A DNA stretch of 64,000 nt from Octopus vulgaris. Lineage: Eukaryota. Under the pieces are notes generated by a model. The model saw nothing but the letters and a program-made list of their open reading frames with translations, had not been told where the DNA came from and ran no database searches. The stretch spans positions 10,912,001-10,976,000 of the forward strand of contig OX597826.1 in assembly GCA_951406725.2 (NCBI GenBank). The letters are read 5' to 3'. Shown in pieces: positions 51,733 through 64,000 of this stretch. The translations under genes and the position numbers were made by a program. Position 1 is the first letter of the stretch, and every line of letters starts with the position of its first letter.

Positions 51733-52807
51733 ATGGTTTTATTGATTTTGAATTGTCACATCTTGTGGTGTTCCGAATTACCGTTGAAATTAAAATAATT
51801 ACCGGTTAAATACTCATTTCATTGTTCCTTTTCTCAAAATGATTGACCATATAATTTATTAGTGATGGACGGCAGAAATTGTAGATCTCCGAACGAAATG
51901 TCTTGGAAGTTGCATCAAGTTATTCTTTGAACTGTTTCCTTTATATTCCAGCAAGACATTGAACATTGTATAGCAGGCCTTACACAATCCTATAGAGAAG
52001 CCATATACGTGCTATATTTGTCCGAGACTATATGTTGGTACCTATCTCATGTAGATTAAATTCTACTGGTGTTACTTCAATGATTTCTTTGAGGACTACT
52101 TCGTTGCCTGCATTGCCAGAATTTTAAAACGGTTTTCTGGAGGCACTGTATGTTAAAAGACTCCAAGAAATTCATGTAGCCGTCTATATGTACTTCATGT
52201 TTCGTAAGTATACAAGAGAGAGGATACCTCTTGCGTGGTTCTGATCCACTCCCACCGGTACTGAATATCTAGTATGGAGACCGGGTTAGTTATTTCGGAA
52301 GGAGCAGGGACCGCACTTTATAAACCTTCCAAATGATGCAGAAGCCTTTCTGAGACAGTTTTTGGATTTCTTTTCTAGTACTGAATGTCACCACTTCCTC
52401 TTGTATGAAAACGGTGGAGCAGGTTCACTGTGATTTTACAGTGCATAATGAAGAATTTTCTATGGTTTCTGTACAGACCTTGTGCACGTTATCCAAGGCT
52501 GTTGGGGTTGTGCTTGGAGTTTGAGTTTTCAGTTTTGATGCTAATTTTGTCTTCACTCTGACGTTTTCCGCGGCTGTATTATAATGTATAATTGGGAAAC
52601 GACAATTTGTCACCTTACAGCTCGAACGAGACAAAACCCCTAACAAAAAACGAAACTGTTGGACATCTGAAGGAATACACATATAATTATATTGTAGCAA
52701 TATCGTTCCCTCATTGCTATCTTCACTGTTTGAGAAGAGTATTAAGAATAATCTCGTTCGAGATTACAAACATCTTCGGCTAGTTTAACATTGTTGTAAA
52801 CACTAAT

Positions 52808-52916
52808 CCGATTGGCTGACACGTGGTCTCTACTACGTTCGCACCGCTGGTTGTCACGTGACGCGATTTGCCTCCGCTTATTTCGCGCCATTGTTCCAAG
52901 CAGCCAATCACAGCTT
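52808..52916. promoter_or_regulatory. promoter-like motif cluster
   Basis: ATTGG, CACGTG, GTCACGTGAC, TTTCGCGC, CGCCATT and CCAATCA within about 110 bp; CpG-rich. Confidence 0.5.
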
Positions 52917-54599
52917 TCCATTTCTGAAGTTCATTTTGATCCACATAAACCTAATATAAGGAAATGTCCTCAGACATTTCTCGTCTTAGGTTTTTAGTTC
53001 TTTTCAGAGCTAAACCTCTGACCACAGAGTTCGTCTTTGGTTCTAGTTCGAAAGGCATGCGACCACCATTATATCAAGAGAAAAATAACCAAGCAGAATA
53101 TATGATGAGACGCAGCAAAAACCAAGCGACAGACACAACTCATCGCCAAACATCGAAGATTTAATTTGTACACAAGACAACTACAGATTCAACTCTAGCG
53201 GTTAGGTGAAAATCTCACCACGGGAAAAACGGCTATAGTTAATATATCTGCAAGTATATTCATATCAAGAGAAAGATAAACACAAGTGACTCAATTAATC
53301 TCAACTACGAGACGCAACATCTTGATATGGAACTCTTACCCTCCGTGTACCTCATAAACGGTAAATCAATTATCTGTCTTGAGTTCTAGTTCTTCTAAGA
53401 ACTACCTTAAGCTATCTGCTACTACATGTTGCTAGGCTGATACCAACAACATGAACTGTGAACCAAATTCCATTGTTATTTCTCTGGTCAGTACCTTTTA
53501 TGCCTCACGAACACACAGACACAAAAACATGCTAACACTCACAAACTCCCAACATCAGCATGATTGTAAAATATGTAAAATAAATAATGTATATATCTCA
53601 AAGAAATCTTGTTGTCATTCCACTTGTGTTCTATTGCCGCTGCATGTATATATGGTCCATAAGATCTCATTAAGAATGGGATCGCGTGCGATTGTATTCC
53701 CTATACGGTACGACCGCATGTGATCCTATTTTTATAATATGCTTCAGTCCTTCCTAAATCCACTTACCTCTCATTCTTTCGGGTCTGGTAAGGAAATACA
53801 AGTTGAACGCATGAATTAATCCCTTCTTTCTCTATGGAGCATAGACATTCAACGACTTTATAATCTGAAATCTTTCAGTGTTATATAATCACCTATCCAG
53901 CATTCTTCCCCTTCTTCTCATTGTGCGAATGCGGAGAACATCTTTAAGATCATCCTGTCTGACTCGGATAAAGTCAATAAGATGCCAGTGTTTGGATGTG
54001 TGTGTGTGTGTGCATTATTATGCATCGATAAGACTTTGCACTTTTTATGCTGGAAGACAATAATGGTAATGTCATGCTAAGCGAAATATCCTGACAAGAA
54101 TGGATTTCTGCGCAGGAAATTTCCTGTGGAGGCTGTTTGAGGACAACATTTTCTAAGCTCTTCCTCGTTTGGGATGAGTAGCTCGGTCTCTGAATAAGGA
54201 TGTTCAGTTACTTAGTGGTCTACCAAGGTCTGTAAACTGTCAGGCAACTGACTTTGGCGGAAAACTGTGTAACTGTAATGGATTCTTGTAGCAAACCATG
54301 GAAGAGACATGCAGTTCTTGAGTCGGAAGGTCACCAGAATTGTAAAGACTATGCGCCCGTTTGCATGTTGGCATCACCAGAATGTAACATGTCATATGCA
54401 GCAAAATAAATGAGAAGAAGAGGAATATTATTAGTAGAAATAGTTCTTTATTTTCATCGTTACAATATAAGATACATCTTCTTCGAATTGTTATATTCAG
54501 ATTATTTACTGTTCTGTTGTACATTCTGTAGGGAGTTAAGTTGGTCAGTCAGTGACTACTAAAGAGAAAAAACTAAAAAAAAAAAAAATTAGACAAGTA

Positions 54600-54766
54600 G
54601 GCGTAGGAGTGGCTGTGATAAGTAGCTTGTTTACCAGCCACATGGTTCCGGGTTCAGTCCCACGGCGTGGCACCTTAGGCAAATGTCTTCTACTATAGCC
54701 TCGGGCCGACCAAAGCCTTGTGAGTGGATTTGGTAGACGGAAACTGAAAGAAGCTCGTCGTATATA

Positions 54767-54821
<55 letters not shown>

Positions 54822-55020
54822 ATGTTTGTGTGTCTGCGTTTGTCCCCCCAACATCGCTTGACAGCCGATGCTGGTGTGTTTACGTCCCCGTAACCTAGCG
54901 GTTCGGCAAAAGAGACCGATAGAATAAGTACTAGGCTTACAAAGAATAAGTCCTGGGGTGGATTTGCTCGACTAAAGGCGATGCTCCAGCATGGCCACAG
55001 TCACATGACTAAAACAAGAA
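54600..55020 (+). mobile_element. family A SINE
   Basis: Full-length copy. Confidence 0.9.
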
Positions 55021-55935
55021 AAAAAAAGTTTAAAAAAAAGACAAGTAGAGCGAGTAAGAGTTATATGCTCTCTGCTTGGCAACTCATAAATGAAAGAAGA
55101 AAGCGGGGATGCTTTTCGCCGGTGAGTTAAGTGAAGAAGAGGTAGAATTGAATTTGCGTACAGTATTTAAACATTGTTGCGAAGCTGGATGTAGGTCAGA
55201 GAATAATGGGTTTATCTATCTTGAACTGTATTCAATTCCGGAATGTCAACTTAAACAATAAAACTTAACTATACAATTACTCCCATAAATTTCTAAGTGC
55301 AAAGCCGAGAACAATAGAAAAAAAAACTTGTAGAAAAATGTAGATTCGGTTTTGAATATTGGCTGAGAATTTAGTAAGCTATTCTTTACATAACTGTTGG
55401 GTAGCTGTCTGACGGGAAGGTCACAGTATATACTGACCTATGCTCGGGTACCAGACTCCCGTCACCGATAGGGTTTAGAATTCAGGAACCCACGTAACAG
55501 AAGACACTTGCACAACGAAGGGTGGTCATATTCCCCACTATCACGATTTTGTGTATGAAGGGGATAAATTTAGTGACAAAGGGAACTCAAGACAAGAACC
55601 TCCTTTCATTTACAGAAGACAATTGGAAATCCAGTTTCTGTTTAACTACGTCAATGATGTGAGTCACAGCTTGTTTTTCTTTCAAAGTGTGTGGTTCAAG
55701 CTTTTGTCTTGCTAGACTCAACCATAGGACTTTAGTTTATGTAGTTGAGGTCATGTTCACTAGGGTGAACATGACCTCATCTTCGAGGTCTGCTTCTAAC
55801 CCGGCATTGAGCTTAAGCAAGTTGGTTGCAAGAAGGCAGAAAATATGCATTTCCTGCTAATTATACACTAGATTCACCATATCATCTGGTGAGTGTCCTT
55901 TTTCACTCTCAATCTGTCTGTGTCCCCCCACCACA

Positions 55936-55979
<44 letters not shown>

Positions 55980-56193
55980 TATGAAGATATTTTTATATTT
56001 TAGAAACTTCGAGTGACATAAAATTAACCGTTCTGGTTTTTTTTTTCAACGGTAGAAACCGAAATGGATAAAGCTATATTTAACAGCATGTACATTACTG
56101 GGTTAAAAATTTTCTTGGCTAGAAAAAATCCGAAGGCTTCCCATAAGACTCGAATTCACATTTTCTGTGAATATGGCAGATGCAGAGGTGCTA

Positions 56194-56231
<38 letters not shown>

Positions 56232-56497
56232 TTAGGGAATATTATTCCTAACTTACAGGGAAAAATTCAATTTAGAAATACTAAATCAAATTTCACAAAA
56301 TATGATATATATATATATATATATAAAAATTTGAAAAAAAACCCACTTTTTATCAATTCAAAATGAACAATTAAATTACACCATCTAGAAAATTACATAT
56401 AATAGAAATATTAAAATTAAAATAACAATAATATTCCGATGATTAAGTAAATTGCAAAATAATAATAAAGACATATATATATATATAAATATATATG

Positions 56498-57668
56498 CAT
56501 GGTGCGGACAGTATTTGAGGACACATACATTTTTAGTCATTATTTTATTTGGCTAATTTTTATTGAACTTCTATGCTTACTAATGAAATGAAAAGGCATG
56601 CTGTGATTGTGGCTTTGAAGGCTAAGCATGGTGATTTAGAAATTCCTTGTTTTCTGAAAGTTGCAAGATCTTTTGTCCACAAGATTCGGTGTGAGTCAGA
56701 GAAAGAAGAGGGAACCGTGTTACCTGTATCAAAACGTAAAAAAACATTCCAAACGCTCTGATTCTATCAGGACACCGGAATTTATTTAGGATGTTAAGCA
56801 AAACATTGCAGACAATCCAAGAAAATCAATGAGGTCAATTGCAAAAAATTTCGTGTGTCAGACAAAAATCAGAAATGTTGTGAATGAAGACATCAGATAC
56901 AAATCTTACGTGATGAGGAATGGTCAAATCATATAAGAAAAAGAAGAAAAGAAAACTGTTTAATCAGATCTAAAAGACTTTTGGACAAACTTAATAATCC
57001 ACTGAAGGTGGTACGAGAAAATCTTTGACTAGGACCAGAAAACAGAAGAAATGGCAGATGGCTATGTGCCTGAGGTCCCAAGAGTAATGTACGCAAAATT
57101 TCCTGCAAGTGTCATAGTTTTGGGTGTTGTTAGCAATGAAGGCCATGTGATGCCTCCTCACTTTTTACCACAAGGCTTTAGAGTGAATACTACTGTGTAT
57201 ATTGAGGTCCTGGCTAAAATTGTTAAGCCTTAGATCAATAGTTTAGGTAATGGAAGGTCTTATGTCTTTCAACAAGATTCTGCATCATCACACAAGGCTT
57301 AAGAATGGATGGCCGACAATTGGCACGATCACATCACCCCCATCATTTGGCCCCCTAATTCTCCAGATCTCAATCCATTGAACCATTATGTATAGAGCAT
57401 CGTTGAGAAAACTGTCAATGAACGTCCCCATAGCACAAAAGATTCTTTGAAAGCCGCCATAGTTTAACCATGTCCGACATAAACAGGGACCACTTAATCC
57501 GAGCTTGTAAACGATTTTGACCCCGCATAGAGGCAGTAATTAATGCTTATGGTGGTTTTATTGTATGAAATTATTAAAATTGATAATTTAGCTTTATGCT
57601 TGTTATTTTTATAACAATAGTTTTCTTTTTAAACCATAAATCTGTCCTCAAATACCGTCCGCACTCTG
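56498..57668 (+). mobile_element. Tc1/mariner DD37D (maT)-like transposon with dead transposase
   Basis: About 29-bp TIRs CA..GTGCGGAC.GTATTTGAGGACA. Motifs NPRKSMRSIAK, FPASVIVLGVVSNEG, FQQDSASSH, WPPNSPDLNPLNHY. Stops and deletions. Confidence 0.9.
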
Positions 57669-58627
57669 TGTGTGTGAGAGAGAAAGAGAAATTATTCACG
57701 GAAGCTTCTTGAATTGTGAGTTTCTCGTGAATTACAGTTCAGTATACGAAGTTTAAAAGTGTTTAGTTACAAAGAAATTATTAAAAAAATCTGCCGGTCA
57801 AAGTAAAAAGATCCCAGAATTTTCTCAAGAAAGCCAAGAGAAAAAGATGTTTTATGTAACACACTACCAGTATACGAAGTTTAAAAGTGTTTAGTTACAA
57901 AGAAACTATTTTAAAAATCTGCCGGTCAAAGTGAAAAGATCCATATTTTTTTTTATATATATAATGCTCAGATACACTACGAAGTACCAAGGTGTACTAC
58001 AAGTGCTCTTATGAGTCAAGCGTCAGTGAATAATAAAACATACGCACATTGCACATACACAACCAAACGGCAAGTCTGTAGCTTTGGACAACTACATACA
58101 CTCTACTAACATTTCATTTATTTAGCAAATTAGAAAGCTAATTGCGGGACTATTTACTTAATTGAGACCCCCTTTCGGTCGCAATCCATGGTACACTCGT
58201 ATTAAGTAGTATTTTCTCTCTCAAGTGTAAACACATACGTATTGTGTCATAGTGATAAGGCCATTAGTTGATAATGTAAAAAATGTCATTAACAGTAACT
58301 GTTTATAAGACGGTGAGTTAGATCCCCAGTTGGTCCAACTCCTCCTAAATTGCTGGCCTTGTACCAAAATTTGAAACCGATATTAACTGTCCATAAGTTG
58401 GCGAGCTGGCAGAATCGTTAGCACGCCGGGCAAAATGCTTAGCGGCATTTCGTCCATCTATGTTCTAAGCTCTAATTCCATTGAGGTTGCCTTGGCTTTT
58501 ATCCCTGTCGGAGTCGATGAAATGAGTACCAGCTGCGCACTGGGATCGATGTAATCGACTAGCCTCATCTCCCAATATATCAGGCCTTGTGTCTATTGTA
58601 GAAATGAATATTTACTGTTTTTTTTTC

Positions 58628-58865
58628 TCTTGCCAAATAAATACACGCACTATATATTCGTTTTTCACTCGTTTATTATTGTTCTTATTTTATCTCATGT
58701 CCATTGTCTGGAAATCTTTCGTCACCCACCTGTGGGATGGAAAAGTCACTGAAGAGGCCACAGGTATGTGACGAAATATTTTGAGACAATGGACATGAGA
58801 TAAAATAAAAACGATAATAAACGAGTGAAGAACGAATATACAGTGCGTGTGTTTATTTGGCAAGA
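58628..58865. repeat. about 110-bp-arm inverted repeat of a Penelope-like terminus with hammerhead motif
   Basis: Arms are complementary; CTGAAGA..GAAA core at 58749-58776. Confidence 0.75.
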
Positions 58866-59054
58866 AAAAAATGACCGTCCCGAAACATAATATTTACTAT
58901 TTATCCTGAGTATTTATTCCAGCCCTTTTCTGAGCTAAATCCCATTTTGTACTTGTCATTCCCTTTCTCTTTCTCCTGGTCGAGGAATAAAGTACCTATT
59001 ATTTATTGGATGAAGTTCAACTGAACTATATTCTCCGAGCAAATCTGGTACTAA

Positions 59055-59287
59055 GGGCGGCGAGCTGGCAGAAACGTTAGCACGCCGAGCGAAATGCGTA
59101 GCCGTATTTCGTCTGCCGCTACGTTCTGTGTTCAAATTCCGCCGAGGTCGACTTTGCCTTTCATCCTTTCGGGGTCGATAAATTAAGTACCAGTTATGCA
59201 CTGGGGTTGATATAATCGACTTAATCCGTTTGTCTGTCCTTGTTTGTCCTCTCTGTGTTTAATCCCTTGTGGGTAGTAAAGAAATAG
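59055..59287 (+). mobile_element. family B (Nin/Deu) SINE, near consensus
   Basis: GGCGGCGAGCTGGCAGAA head, Nin-like core, flanked by GGTACTA repeats. Confidence 0.9.
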
Positions 59288-59454
59288 GTACTATTGCTAA
59301 GAAATCTTCAGCTGTAAGTTGTGGACACATCCCATTTATAGTTGAGTTCCAGTGATGACATTCTTCCAGTTAAACATTTGAATTATAATCAAGGAAACAA
59401 ACCTTCAACATTTCTCCTTGCAACATACAAATAATATCTTCACGCTATATATTT

Positions 59455-59625
59455 TAAAAAATCAGTTATAAAAACGCTAGGCTTTATAAGCATGTATCTG
59501 ACTCATACATTGTTCGCTTTCCAGACATTTCTACATTACTGCATGTATTTTATATGCACTTTCTGACAAGTTGTGGTGCACCTAAGCACTGTATACAATA
59601 ATTTCATTATTACATTATTATTATA
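59455..59625 (+). mobile_element. LINE 3'-UTR fragment with (ATT)n tail
   Basis: Shares CACCT.AGCACTGTATACAA.AATTTCATTATT with the minus-strand copy at 61630. Confidence 0.55.
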
Positions 59626-61002
59626 ATTCCTATACAGTGGCCTTTTGTAACTACTATTTATCTATATAATCTAACAAAAAAAGCCTGTAAACAAAATGTT
59701 TCTCTTTAAGGTCAGCCGATGAATAATCCCCGAGCACTTTACAAACCACAAGTACTGCTCGTATATTCACGACAATTTAGTTACACCCACGAACTGCATT
59801 TTGCCGATAAGAAAGCCTTTACTCACCGACACATTACAATTATTCCCCCACCGACAAGCAGTCCTATCTCTTCCACTGCGACTACAGTAGACAAACTATT
59901 ACTATCCCACATTAAACATGATTCAATAACTTATATTGTCGTCATTGTCTGGTGCATTTTATACTATGTCTCTTATTATAAACATTTATACATTTACTAC
60001 ATTTATTGTTAACCTTTCCTTCTCAGAACAGCATAATACTGCAACTCAGTCCCTGTCAAGGTTTTCAATACAAATATAGGATGCAGAATTTCTAACTAAT
60101 CGCTCTGTTTTGACATCTTTCTCCTCCAGGCGAAATAATATAAGTATAAATTGAAGTGCGAGGCTGTGATGAAATGAAATTTAACAGTTAAAGAGAAGGA
60201 AAACATGCTCAATCTTGTTCCATTTATTTTTTCTTTCGTGTCCTTCTCTCTTTATCTCATTCTCCTCTTTATTTACTTTTATAGATATAAGTTCATGCGC
60301 AGACGTTGAGTATGACATTATCACGAATATGTGTGCATAGCATTATGACATTTATCCAACATTTTAGTTAATTACAAAAGCGAATGGTTGTTGAGAAAGA
60401 AAGAGATATTAAAAGAGCTTTCAATGAGTTACTCATTGCAAACATAAAATAAATATTGATATTATTTGCTGTAGTCATGGAAATTAGTAAAAGGAAGAGC
60501 TCGCTCGCTCGTTAGATGACTTTTTAATTCATGTAGGAATCGATATTCATTATCACAAGTGTTATAAAAAGAGTCTGACTCTATTCTAATACAAGTATTT
60601 CAGTGTTGAGTCACATCTGGCAATACTGTCCAATGTTGGTAATAATAAGGTTTGCGTTCAGCATGGGATTTGAGCAGAGTGATTGTCCTGCGTTCAAATC
60701 CAGTTGAAGTCAAATTTATTCGTCCTTCTGCAATCGATAAAATAAAAGAGAAGACAAATATTGAGGATCGATTTAATCGCCCACACCTTCTTGTTAAGTG
60801 GCGTTGATGACAGTTTTATGAATCAATTATAAACTATCATTTTGTTTGACCTGTTAATAAGTTGCACGTTCATGTTATCTTTCCAGAACTAGGTAGGACG
60901 GGCGAGTATTATTTGGTGACATATCCTTTACCTATGCTTAAGGTAACAAAAAAAAGGAAAAACTCCATGTTTCGGCGATGAGTATTTTAGTTGTTTAATC
61001 TG

Positions 61003-61463
61003 GGAAAGACTTCCGCCCGTCCCCACCCATTTTCTCCCAAATTCGTTTATTTATAATTTTTTTTTTTGCCAAAAATCCCCGTTTTCGGATACGGAGGATC
61101 CGGAAAATACCAAAAATCGGCATTGTGAAATTCCCCCTTCCCTCCTTTCCCTCCAACTTCTTCAATTTTGACTTTTTTCCCCCAACACTAACCCTAAAAC
61201 CCTAGAAAAAAAAGTCGTAAAATAAAAATTTTTGGAAATTTTTTTCAGAATCCTAATCTCCGTATTTTCCCGCATATTTTGAAAATAAAAAAATCTGAAA
61301 AAGTTTAAAATGAAGGAAATGGGTGGGTAATTTAGAATTGTCGATTTTTGCCGATTTTTTTTGCAGATTCGTATTCCCCATAGCCAAAAAGCGGGTGGTT
61401 GTGCCGAAAAATTTTTTTTTTAGGGTGGTTTTATTTGCGGGGGGGAGGGGCAGAAATCTTGCC
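61003..61463. mobile_element. GG-terminal TIR MITE
   Basis: GGAAAGACTTCCGCCC/GGGCAGAAATCTTGCC, degenerate TSD TTAATCTG/TCGATCTG. Confidence 0.6.
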
Positions 61464-61629
61464 TCGATCTGAACTACATGCTTATTAAATTATAATGTTC
61501 AACTCAATTCTGTTCTTCCTGTGCTTTCGTGAACAATGGACAGCAAGTAGATAACCACTGGTTTTTGCTGGCTGCAGTTTCCTCTGTATCCGGACAAGTA
61601 GTACTTTGGCTTCTCTCATATAAGCTATG

Positions 61630-61870
61630 AATAATATAATAATGAAATTGTTGTATACAGTGTTCAGGTGCTCTATAACATAAAAGAAAAGGCATTAAGT
61701 GTACTGTCGGCAAATTTCAGGAAGCATGGAAGTTTTGAAGGATGTAGTGTCTCGGCAGTTAACAACTGAAGCGGGTAGCTTATTCTATTGCTTCAGCAAT
61801 TTTGAGCGTGAAAAAATGTTTCCGAAAGTCATGGGTGCTGTGTTGTTTATTGATTTGTAAGCGTGTCTAC
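61630..61870 (-). mobile_element. CR1/L2-group LINE 3' fragment
   Basis: NKLPASVVNCRDTTSFK C-terminal motif. Confidence 0.7.
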
Positions 61871-62351
61871 GAGTGTTTGGCATATAGAATTCAAAAAGGT
61901 GCCCAAAGAAATATTGGAAAGATGGTGGATAATCTTGCACCACCAAGCTTTCGGTTTTCTTCCCTTTCCTTTCTCTTCAGATGGTGTCCATTTGAAAGCT
62001 ATTTTAGAATGGCGGTTGTTCAGGTAGCCCTCACGCAAATTGCCGAAATGCAAGAAATTAAACAACAAATAGCTTACAAACTACAGAATTTTCTCAGGAA
62101 AGCCAAGAGAAAAAGATGTTTTATGAAACACACAACCAGTATACGAAGTTTAAAAGTGTTTAGTTACAAAGAAATTATTTTAAAAATCTGCCAGTCAAAG
62201 TGAAAAGATCCTAACTTCTTAAACATTTGATCACTCCAACCTCACACAAACACTGACCAGCTAAGCTGGTAGCAGAAATCTTTTATCTGTTGCTTGTTTC
62301 AGTCGTCAGACTGCGGTCATGTTTAATCGATTGAATCAACCCTATTAGGAC

Positions 62352-62590
62352 GCCATGATAGATCGTTAGCTCCTACACGCATTTTTCTCTCCTTTTTTCT
62401 CTCCTTTTTCTTCTCTCTTTTCTTTCTCTCCTTTTTTCTCTCACCTTGTTTTTTTCTGTGTATCTTTCTGTGGAAGAGCGTAGGCTCGAAACGTAAAAGA
62501 CTTTTTCTATTTCTATTCCTGAGCGCTATACTAATACATTTGTTTGTTTGTACTCCACTTGCCTTCGTCTTTTGTTTATTTTCGTAAACT
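62352..62590 (+). mobile_element. Penelope-like LTR fragment with hammerhead-like motif, inside a family A SINE
   Basis: Homologous to 3115-3305. Confidence 0.55.
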
Positions 62591-64000
62591 TTCCCGTTAC
62601 ATTTTTTAAAGCCTAGTAATTATTCTATCCATTCTTTTGCCGAACAGCTCTATTACAGGTTGTCAAACAGACACACGACAAACTTTCAGTTTCCGTCTAC
62701 CAAATCTACTCACAAGGCTTTGGTCGGCCCGAGGCTATAGTAGAAGGCACTTGCCCAAGATGCCACACAGTGGGACTGAACCCGGAACCATGTGGTTGGT
62801 AAGCAACCTTCTTTAGTCACAACTTTTACGACTTAAATACAAGACTTACCGATTCACTTTCCAAACTTCTACGGACTTTGCAGAATAAATATCCATAGAT
62901 ACTTAGTTTGTAGTCATGAACAGCTCGTGGGAGTTCCTTAATGACACGCCTAATGAAAAAATTACCTTCAATTTCTTTTTTAGTGTGGCCCACCTAACGA
63001 TGAACCTTGTCTCATGAGGCCCGCTTCTCGAAAAAGGTTACCCATGCATGTTATAGAGGATTATTTAATGACCTACTTTATCTCAGTGCTACTATAATCT
63101 TTGCTCATAAAAGAAACCATTGTATATTACTTTTCTTTACAAAGAAAGAAGATAGTCTCAATGCGGGCGTATTACTTGCTAGAAATAAGTCAAATCTCCG
63201 TCAGATCATACACTGATGTCTTTAAAAAGGAAGGGCGCCAAGGATAAAATAGCGCTAGATACATTGAATATGTAATGTTCAAAAACGGAATAATTATAAT
63301 AGAACTATTCGATTAAGGTTATTCTGGTTCTAAGCAACATTCACAATCAGTGGCCGGTAGGGTCTAGGATTTTTTGGGGGTCGGGTGATGTCCAAAAGTT
63401 TTGTAAAAGCACTGTATAAGGTGACAATCGCAATTCGTAACAAACGGACAGATTTTTATGTTTTCTAACTTTGTTGTAGCTAGCTGACCATATGCATATG
63501 AAACAGTAATGCTGTGAAACTGCTGGAAATAAAATAAATGCTATATTTGCAACGGTTCGGCTAGAAAGGGTTGTGCAGGGGCAACCTTGGGCAACACTCG
63601 TTCATCCGTCACTGACAATTCGTATTTTCATCAAATAAATTCTGTCTATCAAGCATTTATATTCTATTCAGTTTGGTTTGACTCTGAATACTTGCCTTAC
63701 GGTGCTAACCTTTCTTCTAGTTATATAAGTGTACTTTGGAGAATGTCAGCTGGAAAATTTATTGAGTGTGACCTTATATATCTAACAAACAAATATATGC
63801 AAATACCTAGAAAAGTGTCTATCGTTTTTGGTCGTTTTATATACGGATACCTGAATTTATATAATGTGTATGTATATCTATGTATATGTACATACTATGT
63901 GTGTGTGTGTGTGTGCGCGCGGGCGTCATGTCTATATATGTAGATAGGATCTATTCCATCTGATGGAACAGATTATATATATATATATATATATATATAT

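Noticed and set aside
51900-52700. L1/Tx1 ORF1-like relic on the minus strand
   Set aside because: Only faint resemblance (VSIL..VPVGV, QC); too degraded to call.

Overview
AT-rich, microsatellite-dense eukaryotic non-coding DNA. The SINE and MITE repertoire resembles octopus/cephalopod DNA (inferred from repeat patterns, not verified). No intact host gene can be supported, and almost all listed ORFs are microsatellite or SINE artefacts. The window is a layered transposon landscape. It holds more than 25 tRNA-derived SINE copies with CORE-, Nin/Deu-, V- and Meta-like modules, two large CR1-group LINE relics plus fragments, and a fragmented Helitron Rep/PIF1-helicase pseudogene. It also holds a Merlin-like DDE transposase relic next to GG-terminal MITEs with 8-9 bp TSDs (one family carries (CCCTAA)n), a DD37D/maT Tc1-mariner relic, piggyBac/hAT/MULE/Helitron non-autonomous elements, and Penelope-like fragments with hammerhead-ribozyme-like motifs. 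The most interesting points are the shared SINE-LINE 3' tail, tail-swapping SINEs, hammerhead relics in inverted Penelope repeats, the Merlin transposase with its telomere-repeat MITEs, and an orphan CCAAT/E-box/E2F promoter-like cluster.
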